From the NCBI GenBank assembly GCA_039587355.1, contig JBDHIO010000009.1, forward strand, positions 4,907 through 68,906: a stretch of DNA of 64,000 nt, given 5' to 3'. The first letter of the stretch is position 1. Each line of letters opens with the position of its first letter. The DNA is from Gemmatimonadota bacterium (GTDB lineage: Bacteria; Gemmatimonadota; Gemmatimonadetes; Palauibacterales; Palauibacteraceae). The position numbers and the translations under genes were made by a program. The notes beneath the pieces were generated by a model that had not been told where the DNA came from, did no database searches, and saw nothing but the letters and a program-made list of their open reading frames with translations. This document shows positions 37,172 to 46,892 of the stretch, in pieces.

Positions 37172-38550
37172 CGCTCCGGCTGGCCACACGCGCGGACCTT
37201 CCTCCCGAGGGCGGGCACGTTCACCTCGTCGGCGTGGGTGGGGCCGGGATGCGGGGGCTCGCGCTTCTCTACGACCACCTCGGGTACGAGGTCAGCGGCT
37301 GCGACCGGTCGGCGGGCGATGTCGCCGATCTGACCGACCGGGGCATTCGCTTCCTGGGGGATCACGATCCCTCCCACGTCGAAGCCGCCGATCTCGTCAT
37401 TCGGAGCTCGGCCGTGCCGGAAGACGCCCCCGAAATGCGGGCGGCAGGGGCGCGCGGCGTCCCCGTGCTGCGTCGCGCACGAGCCCTGGGCGCGGCTCTG
37501 AACGGTGCCCCCCTCGCGGGGATCGCGGGAACGCACGGCAAGACCACGATTACCGCGATGACGGGGTACGCCTGCGAGGAGGCGGGGCTCGATCCGACCG
37601 TGATGGTCGGGGGGCATGTCGGGGTGTGGGGTGGCTATGCCCGGTTGGGCGACGGGCCCGCGATCGTCGAGGCGGACGAATACGATCGCTCGTTTCTGGA
37701 ACTCGACCCCACGGTCGCGCTGGTCAGCTCGCTCGAGGCGGAGCACCTCGATATCTACGGTGACTTCGACGGCGTGCGTGCGGCGTTCAGGGACTTCGCG
37801 AGTCGGGCCGGCGGTGGCCCGGGCCTCCTGTACTGCGCCGACGATGAGGGCGCGCGCGCCCTCGGCGAGTCGATGGTCGGCGCCCGGTCGTACGGCTTCG
37901 CCGAAGCTTCTGACTACCGCCTCCTCCCCACCGACTCGCACGAGCGCTGGCACCTCGTCTGGGCGGAGGGCGAGATAGACATGGCTCTGAGGGTGCCGGG
38001 CCGTCACAACGCGCAGAACGCGGCGGGTGCGTTCGCCGTGGCCCGAACGCTGGGTGGGGATCCGGCGGGAATCGTCGCCGGTGTGGCGCGATTCCCGGGT
38101 GTCGGGCGGCGCCTGGAAATCCTGGGGACGTGGGGCGAGGTGACGCTGGTAGACGATTATGCCCACCACCCGACGGAGGTGGCCGCGTCGATCGAGGCCC
38201 TGCGGGCCGCATACCCCTCGGCGACGTTGAACGCGGTCTTTCAACCGCATCTCTTTACTCGCACCCGGGACTTCGCGGACGACTTCGCCGCGGCCCTGGG
38301 CGGGGCGGACCACGCGTTCGTGCTGCCGATCTATCCTGCGCGCGAGAAGCCGATCGAAGGGGTCACGTCCGATCTGATCACGGCGACGGGTCGTGCGGAG
38401 CCAATCGATCGCGAGGGGGCGCTCGAGCTCGCTCGACAGGCCGCGGGGCTGGGCCGTCGCATTGTCATCGCTTTCATGGGGGCGGGTGACGTCACCGGGA
38501 TCGCGAGGGAGGCCGCCGCGCATGCCGAATCGGGTCGGGGTCGCGAGTGA
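37168..38550 (+). CDS. murC: UDP-N-acetylmuramate--L-alanine ligase MurC
   Basis: HLVGVGGAGM and GTHGKTT motifs. GTGA overlap with murG. The long ORF 36604.. is a spurious 5' extension over murG. Confidence 0.9.
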   Translation: MTLRLATRADLPPEGGHVHLVGVGGAGMRGLALLYDHLGYEVSGCDRSAGDVADLTDRGIRFLGDHDPSHVEAADLVIRSSAVPEDAPEMRAAGARGVPVLRRARALGAALNGAPLAGIAGTHGKTTITAMTGYACEEAGLDPTVMVGGHVGVWGGYARLGDGPAIVEADEYDRSFLELDPTVALVSSLEAEHLDIYGDFDGVRAAFRDFASRAGGGPGLLYCADDEGARALGESMVGARSYGFAEASDYRLLPTDSHERWHLVWAEGEIDMALRVPGRHNAQNAAGAFAVARTLGGDPAGIVAGVARFPGVGRRLEILGTWGEVTLVDDYAHHPTEVAASIEALRAAYPSATLNAVFQPHLFTRTRDFADDFAAALGGADHAFVLPIYPAREKPIEGVTSDLITATGRAEPIDREGALELARQAAGLGRRIVIAFMGAGDVTGIAREAAAHAESGRGRE

Positions 38551-39452
38551 CCTCCCGGGTGGAGTGGCGATCGAACGTTCCGCTCGCCGGGCTCGCCCGC
38601 TACCGCATCGGAGGTCCGGCCGCCCGGCTGGGCATGGCGGATGACGTGGAGGGCGTCGTGTCGGCGATCCGGGAGATGGAGGGGCGCCCACACCTCGTTC
38701 TGGGGACCGGCGCGAACGTCCTGATCGCCGACGCCGGGGTCGCCGAATCCGTGCTGCTGCTCGGCCCGGGCCTGGACTACATGAAGGTCGAGGAAGGGGC
38801 GATCGAGGCCGGAGGAGCGGCGCGCCTGCCGGCCCTCGCGAACGCCGCGCGGAAGGGTGCGCGAGTGGGATTCCGCTTCCTCGAAGCGGTCCCCGGGACC
38901 GTCGGTGGCGGCCTCCGGATGAACGCCGGTTCCCGGGACGAATGGATCTGGCACAGGGTCGAGTGGGCCGAGGCCGTCTCGGATTCCGGTGAAGTCGTCC
39001 GGATCGGCCCGAACGACGCGGGTTTCGGGTATCGTCGGATCGAGATTCCCGAGTCGTGGGTGTTCGTCGGCGCCCGCTTTCATGCGAGGCCCGGAGACCC
39101 TATGCTGGTGGAGGAGGCGCATTTACGCTTCAGAAGTCGTAAAGTAGGAGACCAGGTATACGAGCTCCCGTCCGTGGGCTCGACCTGGAAGAACCCGGGG
39201 GGCCTGCACGGGTCGGCGTGGGAGATCGTCGACCAGGTGGGTATGAGGGGCGCGCGACGCGGCGATGCGCAAATTGCCGAACGCCACGCGAACTTCATCG
39301 TGAATCTTGGGGAGGCGAGGGCGGTGGACGTGGTGGAGTTGATGATCGAGACCCGGAAGCGGGCCCATGAGCAACTCGGGATCCTGTTGGAGCCCGAGAT
39401 CCGGCTCTGGGGCTTCACCTCCGATCAGCTCGAACTCGTGGGGGCCTCGTGA
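38547..39452 (+). CDS. murB: UDP-N-acetylenolpyruvoylglucosamine reductase MurB
   Basis: FAD-binding RIGGPA...VLGTGANVL and the C-terminal SVGSTWKNP motif. GTGA overlap. Confidence 0.9.
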   Translation: MTSRVEWRSNVPLAGLARYRIGGPAARLGMADDVEGVVSAIREMEGRPHLVLGTGANVLIADAGVAESVLLLGPGLDYMKVEEGAIEAGGAARLPALANAARKGARVGFRFLEAVPGTVGGGLRMNAGSRDEWIWHRVEWAEAVSDSGEVVRIGPNDAGFGYRRIEIPESWVFVGARFHARPGDPMLVEEAHLRFRSRKVGDQVYELPSVGSTWKNPGGLHGSAWEIVDQVGMRGARRGDAQIAERHANFIVNLGEARAVDVVELMIETRKRAHEQLGILLEPEIRLWGFTSDQLELVGAS

Positions 39453-40210
39453 GCGGCGGCTGGATTCCTTCCGGCCTCACCCGTCGCGGGCGACGTCGGC
39501 TCTTCGTCATCGCCACAGCCGGTGTCATGGGTCTCGGCGTACCCCAGTGGATGCCGCGGCTCCTCTCGACGCTCCCCGCGTTCCAGGTCGAGCACGTGAA
39601 GATCCTCGGGACCCGTCACGTCGCTCCGGACGAGATCAACCACCTCCTCGCGCTCGAGGCTGACGCTTCGGTGTGGGATTCCGTGGACCCCCTCGAGCGA
39701 CGCGTCCGCGAGCACCCGATGATCCGGGAAGCGACGGTCCGGCGCGAAGGCCTCAACGCCCTCTCCGTGATCGTGGTCGAGAAGCGCCCGGTCGCGCTGG
39801 TCGCCACTCCGGAACTCAAGGCCGTGAACGGAGGCGGCGTCGTGCTCCCGGTGGAACCGTTCATGGCGGGGCTCAACCTCCCGATCATCAGCGGCGTCAC
39901 CGAGGTCGAGGACGACGTCGTGCTGGAACCGGCCGTGCGCGAGATGGCCGGCGTCCTGGATCAACTGGTCCGCGTCGATCCCGGCTTCGTGTCGGTGGTG
40001 TCGGAGATCGGTCCCGCGACCGGCGGTGGATACGGCTTCACGATGCTGCCCGCAGCCGATGCCGAGGTCGTGCTGCTCCCGTCGAAAGGGCCCGTGCGAG
40101 CCCTACAGCGCGTGGCGCTGGCCCTCGGTCGGACCGAGGCGGCACGCGTCGCGCGAGCGGACGCGCGGTACTCACGACAGGTGGTCCTCACGCCGATGGA
40201 CGGTAGATGA
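39449..40210 (+). CDS. ftsQ: cell-division protein FtsQ (POTRA)
   Basis: Basic N-terminus plus TM helix LFVIATAGVMGLGV, then POTRA VEHVKILGTRHVAPDEI. Confidence 0.85.
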   Translation: MSGGWIPSGLTRRGRRRLFVIATAGVMGLGVPQWMPRLLSTLPAFQVEHVKILGTRHVAPDEINHLLALEADASVWDSVDPLERRVREHPMIREATVRREGLNALSVIVVEKRPVALVATPELKAVNGGGVVLPVEPFMAGLNLPIISGVTEVEDDVVLEPAVREMAGVLDQLVRVDPGFVSVVSEIGPATGGGYGFTMLPAADAEVVLLPSKGPVRALQRVALALGRTEAARVARADARYSRQVVLTPMDGR

Positions 40211-41436
40211 TCAGCGGTACGGGGGTCCTGGCCGGGATCGATATCGGCTCGACGAAGACCTGCGCGGTGGTGGCGGAGAGTCGTCCGGGCCGGGAACCGG
40301 GAGAGCCGCTCGAGCTGCTCGGGGTCGGAGTGAGCCGCGCCGGCGGGATGAACGGCCCCGCGATCACGAACCTCGAAGCGGCGACGCGGTCCATCCGGGA
40401 GGCGGTCCAGGAAGCCGAGCGCATGGCCGGGCGAGAGGTCGATGGCGTCTATATTTCCGTTCCGAGCACGTACATCCGGACGTCCCGCTCGCGCGGAGTC
40501 GTCGCGGTGTCTGGCGCGGAGATCACGCCGGCACACGTCCGACGGGTGCAGGAGGTCGGGCAGGCGGTGCCGATCCCGCCCGACCGACAGCTGATCCACG
40601 CGATCTGTCAGGAGTACTCGGTCGACGGACGGGGCGGCATACAGGACCCCGTCGGGATGGTCGCGACCCGGCTCGAAGCAGACGTCTGCGTCGTGACCGC
40701 CGAGTCCGCAGTGTGCCGCGACCTCGCGAAGGTCGTCGATCGGGCGGGGTACCGCGCGGGCGAATTCGTGATCGCGCCGCTGGCCTCGGGGCTCTCCCTG
40801 CTGGATGACGGCGATCGGGACGCCGGCGTCGCGCTTATCGAGATCGGTGGGGCAGCCACCGATGTTCTCGTCTATGGCGGCAAACGTCTGCTTCACGTAG
40901 CGACGATGCCGTGGGGCGGGGCGGCGGTGACCCGTGACGTGGCGCGCGGACTCGGGGTCCCGGAGGAAGAGGCCGGGCGGCTCAAGGAGAGCCACGGCTC
41001 GGCGCGCCGCAGCTCGGTGGATCCGGAGGAACAGCTCGAAGTGTCGGGACCATCGACGGGGGCGGGGAGACGCGTCTCACGCGAGCTCCTGGCACACATC
41101 ATCGAGCAGCGGCTGGACGAGATTCTCGGACTGGTCTACGAGGAGCTGGATGAGGCGGGCGTGAGGGACCGGCTCGGTGCCGGGATCGTTCTCGCCGGGG
41201 GCGGCGTCTGCACTCCGCAGACGGTCGAGCTCGCTCGGTCCGTCTTCAATCTCCCCGTCAGGCTCGGGGTGCCCGGTGCGGGTCTGGCCGGGGCGACGAA
41301 CGCGGTCGCATCACCGGTGTTCGCCACCGGGGTGGGCCTCGCGATGTACGGCAGCATGCAGCGCAGTAGTGGCGGTATTGCGGGTGCGACCCGCGCGATT
41401 GCGCGGGTTGGTGGGTGGATTCGCGATTTCTTCTAG
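40207..41436 (+). CDS. ftsA: cell-division protein FtsA
   Basis: Actin-like ATPase: [14 protein letters not shown], the GGGV motif, and a C-terminal amphipathic tail. Confidence 0.9.
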   Translation: MISGTGVLAGIDIGSTKTCAVVAESRPGREPGEPLELLGVGVSRAGGMNGPAITNLEAATRSIREAVQEAERMAGREVDGVYISVPSTYIRTSRSRGVVAVSGAEITPAHVRRVQEVGQAVPIPPDRQLIHAICQEYSVDGRGGIQDPVGMVATRLEADVCVVTAESAVCRDLAKVVDRAGYRAGEFVIAPLASGLSLLDDGDRDAGVALIEIGGAATDVLVYGGKRLLHVATMPWGGAAVTRDVARGLGVPEEEAGRLKESHGSARRSSVDPEEQLEVSGPSTGAGRRVSRELLAHIIEQRLDEILGLVYEELDEAGVRDRLGAGIVLAGGGVCTPQTVELARSVFNLPVRLGVPGAGLAGATNAVASPVFATGVGLAMYGSMQRSSGGIAGATRAIARVGGWIRDFF

Positions 41437-41470
41437 GGCGGTGAACGGGACCGGGGGAGCGGAGGAGCAA

Positions 41471-42664
41471 ATGGTCTTCGAGTTCGACGACAACCTCGCG
41501 CGCAACGCGCGGATGAAAGTCGTGGGGGTGGGTGGTGCCGGCGGCAACGCGGTGAACCGGATGATCGACGAGCAGCTGGAGGGCGTCGAGTTCATCGCGG
41601 TGAATACCGATTCGCAGGCCCTCAAGCAGTCCGAGTCGCACATCAAGATTCAGATCGGAAAGCGACTCACGAGAGGTCTCGGGGCGGGCGCGCGGCCGGA
41701 GATCGGCCGGCAGGCGATCGCCGAGACCGAGGATGAGGTCCGGAAGTCTCTCGAAGGGGCAGACCTGGTGTTCGTGACCGCGGGCATGGGTGGCGGGACC
41801 GGGACCGGATCGGCTCCGGTGATCGGCCGCATCGCGCGCGAGATGGGCGCGCTCTGCATCGCGATCGTGACCCGGCCGTTTCACTTCGAGGGGAAGAAGC
41901 GCATGCGGCACGCGGAGATGGGTCTGCGAGAGCTTCGCCGCGCCGTCGACACGATGATCGTCGTGCCCAACGAGCGGCTCCTCGCCGTCGTCGGGAAGGA
42001 CACGACGTTCAGGGAGGCCCTCAAGAAGGCCGACGAGGTGCTGCTGCATGCGACGCAGGGGATCTCGGACCTGATCAGCGTCACGGGCGAGGTCAACGTC
42101 GACTTCGCGGACGTGCGCACGGTCATGTCGAATCGGGGGGCGGCACTCATGGGAACGGGCAGGGCGAGCGGGGACGAGCGGGCGGTCGACGCGGCCCAGC
42201 AGGCCATTTGCTCTCCCCTCCTCGACAACGTATCCATCAACGGCGCCACCGGCGTACTCGTGAATATCACGGGTGGCCCGGACCTCACGATCGATGAGGT
42301 TACCACGGTCAACTCGATCATCCAGGAAGCTGCGGGCGAGGACGGCGAGATGATCTTCGGCGTCGTTCACGACCAGCAACTCGAGGGATCGCTCCGCGTC
42401 ACGGTGATCGCCACTGGATTCGGCGAGCCGGTCGAGGAGGACGAACCGCTTCCGGTCCAGACCGAGACGATCACCGAGATCCGCTCGGATCCGATCGTGA
42501 TCGGATCGCGGTACGAAGGCCCTCAGCTGGTCGAGGAACCTGGCGTGGAGCCGCCGGTAGTGGAGATGCCGGCCGCGACGACGAACGACGAGCCGTGGAC
42601 CGATCCGGCGGAGGCCTTCGAGGATCTCGAGATCCCGACCTTCATCCGGCGACAGATGGACTGA
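41471..42664 (+). CDS. ftsZ: cell-division GTPase FtsZ
   Basis: [37 protein letters not shown] upstream of ATG 41471. The ORF track N-extension is spurious. Confidence 0.9.
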   Translation: MVFEFDDNLARNARMKVVGVGGAGGNAVNRMIDEQLEGVEFIAVNTDSQALKQSESHIKIQIGKRLTRGLGAGARPEIGRQAIAETEDEVRKSLEGADLVFVTAGMGGGTGTGSAPVIGRIAREMGALCIAIVTRPFHFEGKKRMRHAEMGLRELRRAVDTMIVVPNERLLAVVGKDTTFREALKKADEVLLHATQGISDLISVTGEVNVDFADVRTVMSNRGAALMGTGRASGDERAVDAAQQAICSPLLDNVSINGATGVLVNITGGPDLTIDEVTTVNSIIQEAAGEDGEMIFGVVHDQQLEGSLRVTVIATGFGEPVEEDEPLPVQTETITEIRSDPIVIGSRYEGPQLVEEPGVEPPVVEMPAATTNDEPWTDPAEAFEDLEIPTFIRRQMD

Positions 42665-42700
42665 TCGCGAGCCGTCAGACGAGGCACGCGAGATGAACGG

Positions 42701-43996
42701 GTGGTCTGGTTGGAGCTGCTACGCGACAGGAGAGTGGGATCGGCCCTCGCGGTCGGTCTGATCGGTTCGGGTCTCGCCTGGGTATTCCTCCGCTCTTCAG
42801 GGGGACCTGAGCCGATCAAGCTGGTGGAGGTACCCACCCCTCCGCCGCCGATCGAAGTCGTCGAAAGCCTTCAGCGTGGCCAGACCCTCGGTCAGGTCCT
42901 CGAGAACCACGGGATCGTCGGCAACGCGTTCGTCGATCTCGTCGGCGTCATCAGCGAGTACGAGAGTCCCAGACGTCTGCGGCCGGGCACAGAGATCACG
43001 TTCGCGATGCGGCCCGATGATTCGCTGAGCCGGATCAGCCTGAAGCTAGACCGCGATCGAACGCTACATCTGCTGGCCGGCGAGGGTGTGGATGCATCCT
43101 GGGGCGCACGGCTGGATTCGGTTCGAATCCGGCGGGATACGATTGTCGTGGCCGGCGTTGCGGGAGCCACCGGGCTCTACGAGGTCCCCATGCTGGGCGA
43201 CGGGGCGGACTTCACGTATGCCCAGAAGGATGTTCTGCTCGGTCAGCTCGCACAGATCTATGCGTGGCAGATCGACTTCTGGCGTGATCTCCGGCAGGGT
43301 GACGCGTACCGCTTCGTCGCGGCGCGCGAGGTTCGGCCGGATGGCACGTTCCGGGTAGCGCGCATTCTCGCCGCCGAGTTCAGCAACCGGGGCCGTCTCC
43401 TCACTGCCGTTCGCTTCCAGCCCGACGAGTCCCAGCCCATCGAGTTCTATGACGAGGAGGGCGAGGCGCTCCGTGGCCAGTTCCTTCTCGCGCCGCTCGA
43501 CGTGGCACGTGTCACGAGTGGTTTCAGCATGCGACGATTCCACCCGGTGCTGCGCCGAAACCGGCCCCATCTGGGGATCGACTACGGCGCTTCTCGAGGC
43601 ACACCGGTGTTCGCGACCGGTGGCGGCGTCGTCACCCGCGCCGGGGCCTGGGGCGGCTACGGGACGGCGATCGAGGTCAGACACGCGAACAATCTGAGGA
43701 CGCGATACGCCCACCTGAGCGGGATCGCTCGCGGTGTGCGTTCGGGGGTCCGGGTCCAGCAGGGGCAGGTGATCGGCTACGTCGGGTCGAGCGGCCTCGC
43801 GACGGGTTCCCATCTGCACTACGAGTTTCTCCGCAACGGAAGCCACGTGAACCCGGCCCGGATGCAGTTCCCGCGGGCCGAGCCGGTGGCCAACCAACAC
43901 CGCGAGCTGTTCATGGCGCAGAGCGCGTATGCGCTCTCGCTGCTCCAGCGCCTCGAGATGCCGGTCGCCTCGGGCACGGCGAGGACGCAGGACTGA
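42701..43996 (+). CDS. membrane-anchored M23 (LytM) peptidase
   Basis: N-terminal TM helix. C-terminal HxxxD...HLHYE zinc-peptidase motifs (GIDYGASRGTPVFA...GSHLHYEF). Confidence 0.8.
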   Translation: MVWLELLRDRRVGSALAVGLIGSGLAWVFLRSSGGPEPIKLVEVPTPPPPIEVVESLQRGQTLGQVLENHGIVGNAFVDLVGVISEYESPRRLRPGTEITFAMRPDDSLSRISLKLDRDRTLHLLAGEGVDASWGARLDSVRIRRDTIVVAGVAGATGLYEVPMLGDGADFTYAQKDVLLGQLAQIYAWQIDFWRDLRQGDAYRFVAAREVRPDGTFRVARILAAEFSNRGRLLTAVRFQPDESQPIEFYDEEGEALRGQFLLAPLDVARVTSGFSMRRFHPVLRRNRPHLGIDYGASRGTPVFATGGGVVTRAGAWGGYGTAIEVRHANNLRTRYAHLSGIARGVRSGVRVQQGQVIGYVGSSGLATGSHLHYEFLRNGSHVNPARMQFPRAEPVANQHRELFMAQSAYALSLLQRLEMPVASGTARTQD

Positions 43997-44012
43997 CCCG
44001 CCGCCGAATCCC

Positions 44013-45950
44013 GTGAATCCGCTACTCTGGTCCGTCGCCGCGCTCGCCGCGATCGGCCTCGTCGCGTGGGCCTACGGCGCGCGCGAGGAGCGGGTGCCGG
44101 GTCGCTTCGGGCCCGCGGCCCTTCGCACCGCGGCGCTGTTTCTCATGCTCGCGGGTCTGGTGCTCCCGGCGCTGCGCGGACGTGTCATCGGGAGCCCCCA
44201 GCGTGTTGTCCTTTTGGACGCCTCGGCGAGCATGCAGCTCCCCGTTCGGGCTGGAGGCTCCGCCTCCACCAGGCTCGACTCGGCCCTGTCGGAGGTGTCT
44301 CGACTGGGCCCTGATCGCCTTTACACCTTCGGGGACGCCGTCGTCGGCGTCCCCGTTGGCGATCTCGATTCGGTCACTTCACGGGGGCGTCGATCGCGAG
44401 TACGACCCGCCCTGGAGGCCGCGCGCCTCGGCGGTGCCGACAGCGTGTGGATCGTGTCGGACGGACACTGGACGGATCGGGTGGAAGCCCTCGACGTCGC
44501 TCGTGGTCTGGGGCTCGGGGTGCGCGAGATCCGGGTGGTGGACGAGACACCGCGCGCGGGCATCGCGGCTGTTCGATCTCCGCAGCGAGCGCGCGCGGGT
44601 GATACCGTCCGGGTCGCGGTGGAGATCAGGGCCGCCGGTGTGGCGTCGGACGACAGCGTGACGGTCGACCTCGAGCTGGACGGCACACGACTCGCCCGGA
44701 GCCGGGTCGCCAGACCGACGGCGGGACGCGCGCTCGTCACCGAGCTCGAGTTCGTTCCCCTGGACCCGGGCGAACCGTCCGCGTGGCGTCGATACGAGGT
44801 CGCCCTTGGGGAGGGGGCGGATCCGCTCGGGGTCTCGGATCGGATCCCGACCTGGATCGAGATCTCCGAGTCTGCCACGGGCGCTGTCCTCGTGTCGCTC
44901 GCGCCCGACTGGGAGGCGCGTTTCCTCGTGCCGTCTCTTGAGCGGCTGGTCCTCGGGGGAGCCCGTGGCTTTCTGCAGCTGGCGGACGGCCGCTTCATCG
45001 ACATGGCAGCGAACCCACGCGTCGTCGGCGAGGACGCCGTCCGGGCTGCGCTGTCCGGGGCGAGGTTGCTCGTCGCCCAGGGGGATCCGGCGACGTTCCC
45101 GGGGTGGCTCTCCTCGGCCCTCGAGTCGCACCCCCGGGTCCTCGTCCTTCCGCGGGCCCCCGGCGACGTTCCCGGAACGGGCGTCCGGCTGACCGGTCCC
45201 GTCCCGGGGGAGTGGTACGCCTCCGGTCCGATTCCCCCGAGTCCCGCGGCGGCGCTGCTGACCGGGGTCGAGCTCGATCCGCTCCCGCCTGTGACCGAGC
45301 TCTACGCGGTGGACGAGCCGGGCGCATGGGCGGTTCTCAACGCGAGCCGCAACCGGCGGGGAGAGGGGCGGCCGCTTATGATCGCCGCGGAGCGCGGGTC
45401 GGCCCGCTGGGCGGTGGCTGCCGGGGCGGATTGGTGGAGGTGGGCGGCTCGAGGCGGGTCGGCAAGGCGGGTGTACGACGGGGTCTTCGCCGGCGTCGTC
45501 GGGTGGCTCGTCGAGGACGCCACGTCCGAGCTCGCGGCGCTAGTGGCGGTACCCGGCCCGGACCGGCCGTTCGAGTGGCGTGTCCGGCCCGGCGCGACGG
45601 ATATGCGAATCAGGATCGAAGACGAGGACGGGACCGCCGTCTTCGAGCAGACGTGGCCGACGCCCGATGAGCGGGTAGGGGCTTCCGGGCTCCCTCCGGG
45701 GCGGTATCGGATGGAGATCGAGGCCACGGGCCCCGACGGCCCGTTCAACTTCGAGCGGCCGCTGGAAATCGTCCCCGACCCGCTCGAGCTGCTGCCGGCG
45801 GCAACGGCGGCCCCCGCGGCGATCGAACCCGTCGTACAGACGCGTCCAGCGATCGAGGGACGCACGCCCCGGCCCGTGTGGCCCTTCGTCCTCGCCGTGA
45901 TCCTGCTCTGTATCGAGTGGGTCTGGAGACACCGGATCGGTCTGAGATGA
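44013..45950 (+). CDS. multi-TM protein with VWA-like domain (BatA-like)
   Basis: GTG start. Two N-terminal TM helices, then the MIDAS-like VVLLDASASM motif. C-terminal TM helix. 645 aa. Confidence 0.55.
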   Translation: MNPLLWSVAALAAIGLVAWAYGAREERVPGRFGPAALRTAALFLMLAGLVLPALRGRVIGSPQRVVLLDASASMQLPVRAGGSASTRLDSALSEVSRLGPDRLYTFGDAVVGVPVGDLDSVTSRGRRSRVRPALEAARLGGADSVWIVSDGHWTDRVEALDVARGLGLGVREIRVVDETPRAGIAAVRSPQRARAGDTVRVAVEIRAAGVASDDSVTVDLELDGTRLARSRVARPTAGRALVTELEFVPLDPGEPSAWRRYEVALGEGADPLGVSDRIPTWIEISESATGAVLVSLAPDWEARFLVPSLERLVLGGARGFLQLADGRFIDMAANPRVVGEDAVRAALSGARLLVAQGDPATFPGWLSSALESHPRVLVLPRAPGDVPGTGVRLTGPVPGEWYASGPIPPSPAAALLTGVELDPLPPVTELYAVDEPGAWAVLNASRNRRGEGRPLMIAAERGSARWAVAAGADWWRWAARGGSARRVYDGVFAGVVGWLVEDATSELAALVAVPGPDRPFEWRVRPGATDMRIRIEDEDGTAVFEQTWPTPDERVGASGLPPGRYRMEIEATGPDGPFNFERPLEIVPDPLELLPAATAAPAAIEPVVQTRPAIEGRTPRPVWPFVLAVILLCIEWVWRHRIGLR

Positions 45951-46891
45951 GCGACTTCAAGTTCGAAAGAAAGCGTTCGCTGTGGCGCAGGATCGTTGAT
46001 TTCGCGCTCACCGACGTGAACACGATCGTCGAGGGAGGCATCGACGAAGAGTCGATCGAGCGTCTCGAGCGCGTTCTCCTAGAGGCAGACTTCGGTGTGG
46101 AGACGGCGATGGATCTCGTCGCGGTTCTCGAACGGGAGAGCGAGCGAGGTCGTGTGACCTCGGCGTCGGCGCTCAGGACGCTCCTGGCCGAGGAGATCGG
46201 CGCGATTCTCCGGACCCCCGGGACGGAGCTTCCGGGCACGGAGGCGGGCGAACTCGCGCGCGGTGACGGTCTGGGAGTGATCCTCGTTCTCGGCGTTAAC
46301 GGCGTCGGGAAGACGACCTCGGTGGCGAAGCTCGCGCACCGGTTGTCCGCACGGGGCGACTCGGTTCTGCTGGCCGCGGCGGACACGTTCAGGGCCGGGG
46401 CGCAGGAGCAGCTCTCGGAGTGGGCGACGCGCATGGGGATCGAGTTCGTCGGTGGCGGCCCCGGCGCCGATCCGGCCGCGGTCGCGTTCGATGCGGTGGA
46501 GGCGGCACTGGCACGGGGCATGGATTGGGTGATCATCGACACGGCGGGTCGGCTGCACACGCAGACCGATCTCATGGCCGAGCTCGTGAAGATCGACCGC
46601 GTCGTCTCGCGGAAGGTCGACGGGGCTCCGCACGAACGGTTGCTTGTCGTCGACGCGACGTCGGGCCAGAACGTCCTGAACCAGGCGCGGCAGTTCGGGT
46701 CGACGCTCGCGCTGAGCGGTCTCGTGCTCGCCAAGTTCGACAGCACGGCGAGAGCCGGTACGGCCGTCGCGGTCGCGCGAGAGCTGTCCGTCCCCGTACG
46801 GTTCCTGGGGACCGGCGAGCGCCTCGAGGACCTGGAGCCGTTCACGCCGGACGAGTACGTGGAGAAACTGCTGGGGCCGACCGGGGAGTGA
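45947..46891 (+). CDS. ftsY: signal-recognition-particle receptor FtsY
   Basis: GVNGVGKTTS P-loop and the SRP54-type GTPase motifs DTAGR and AKFD. ATGA overlap with the upstream gene. Confidence 0.9.
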   Translation: MSDFKFERKRSLWRRIVDFALTDVNTIVEGGIDEESIERLERVLLEADFGVETAMDLVAVLERESERGRVTSASALRTLLAEEIGAILRTPGTELPGTEAGELARGDGLGVILVLGVNGVGKTTSVAKLAHRLSARGDSVLLAAADTFRAGAQEQLSEWATRMGIEFVGGGPGADPAAVAFDAVEAALARGMDWVIIDTAGRLHTQTDLMAELVKIDRVVSRKVDGAPHERLLVVDATSGQNVLNQARQFGSTLALSGLVLAKFDSTARAGTAVAVARELSVPVRFLGTGERLEDLEPFTPDEYVEKLLGPTGE

Positions 46892-46892
46892 C

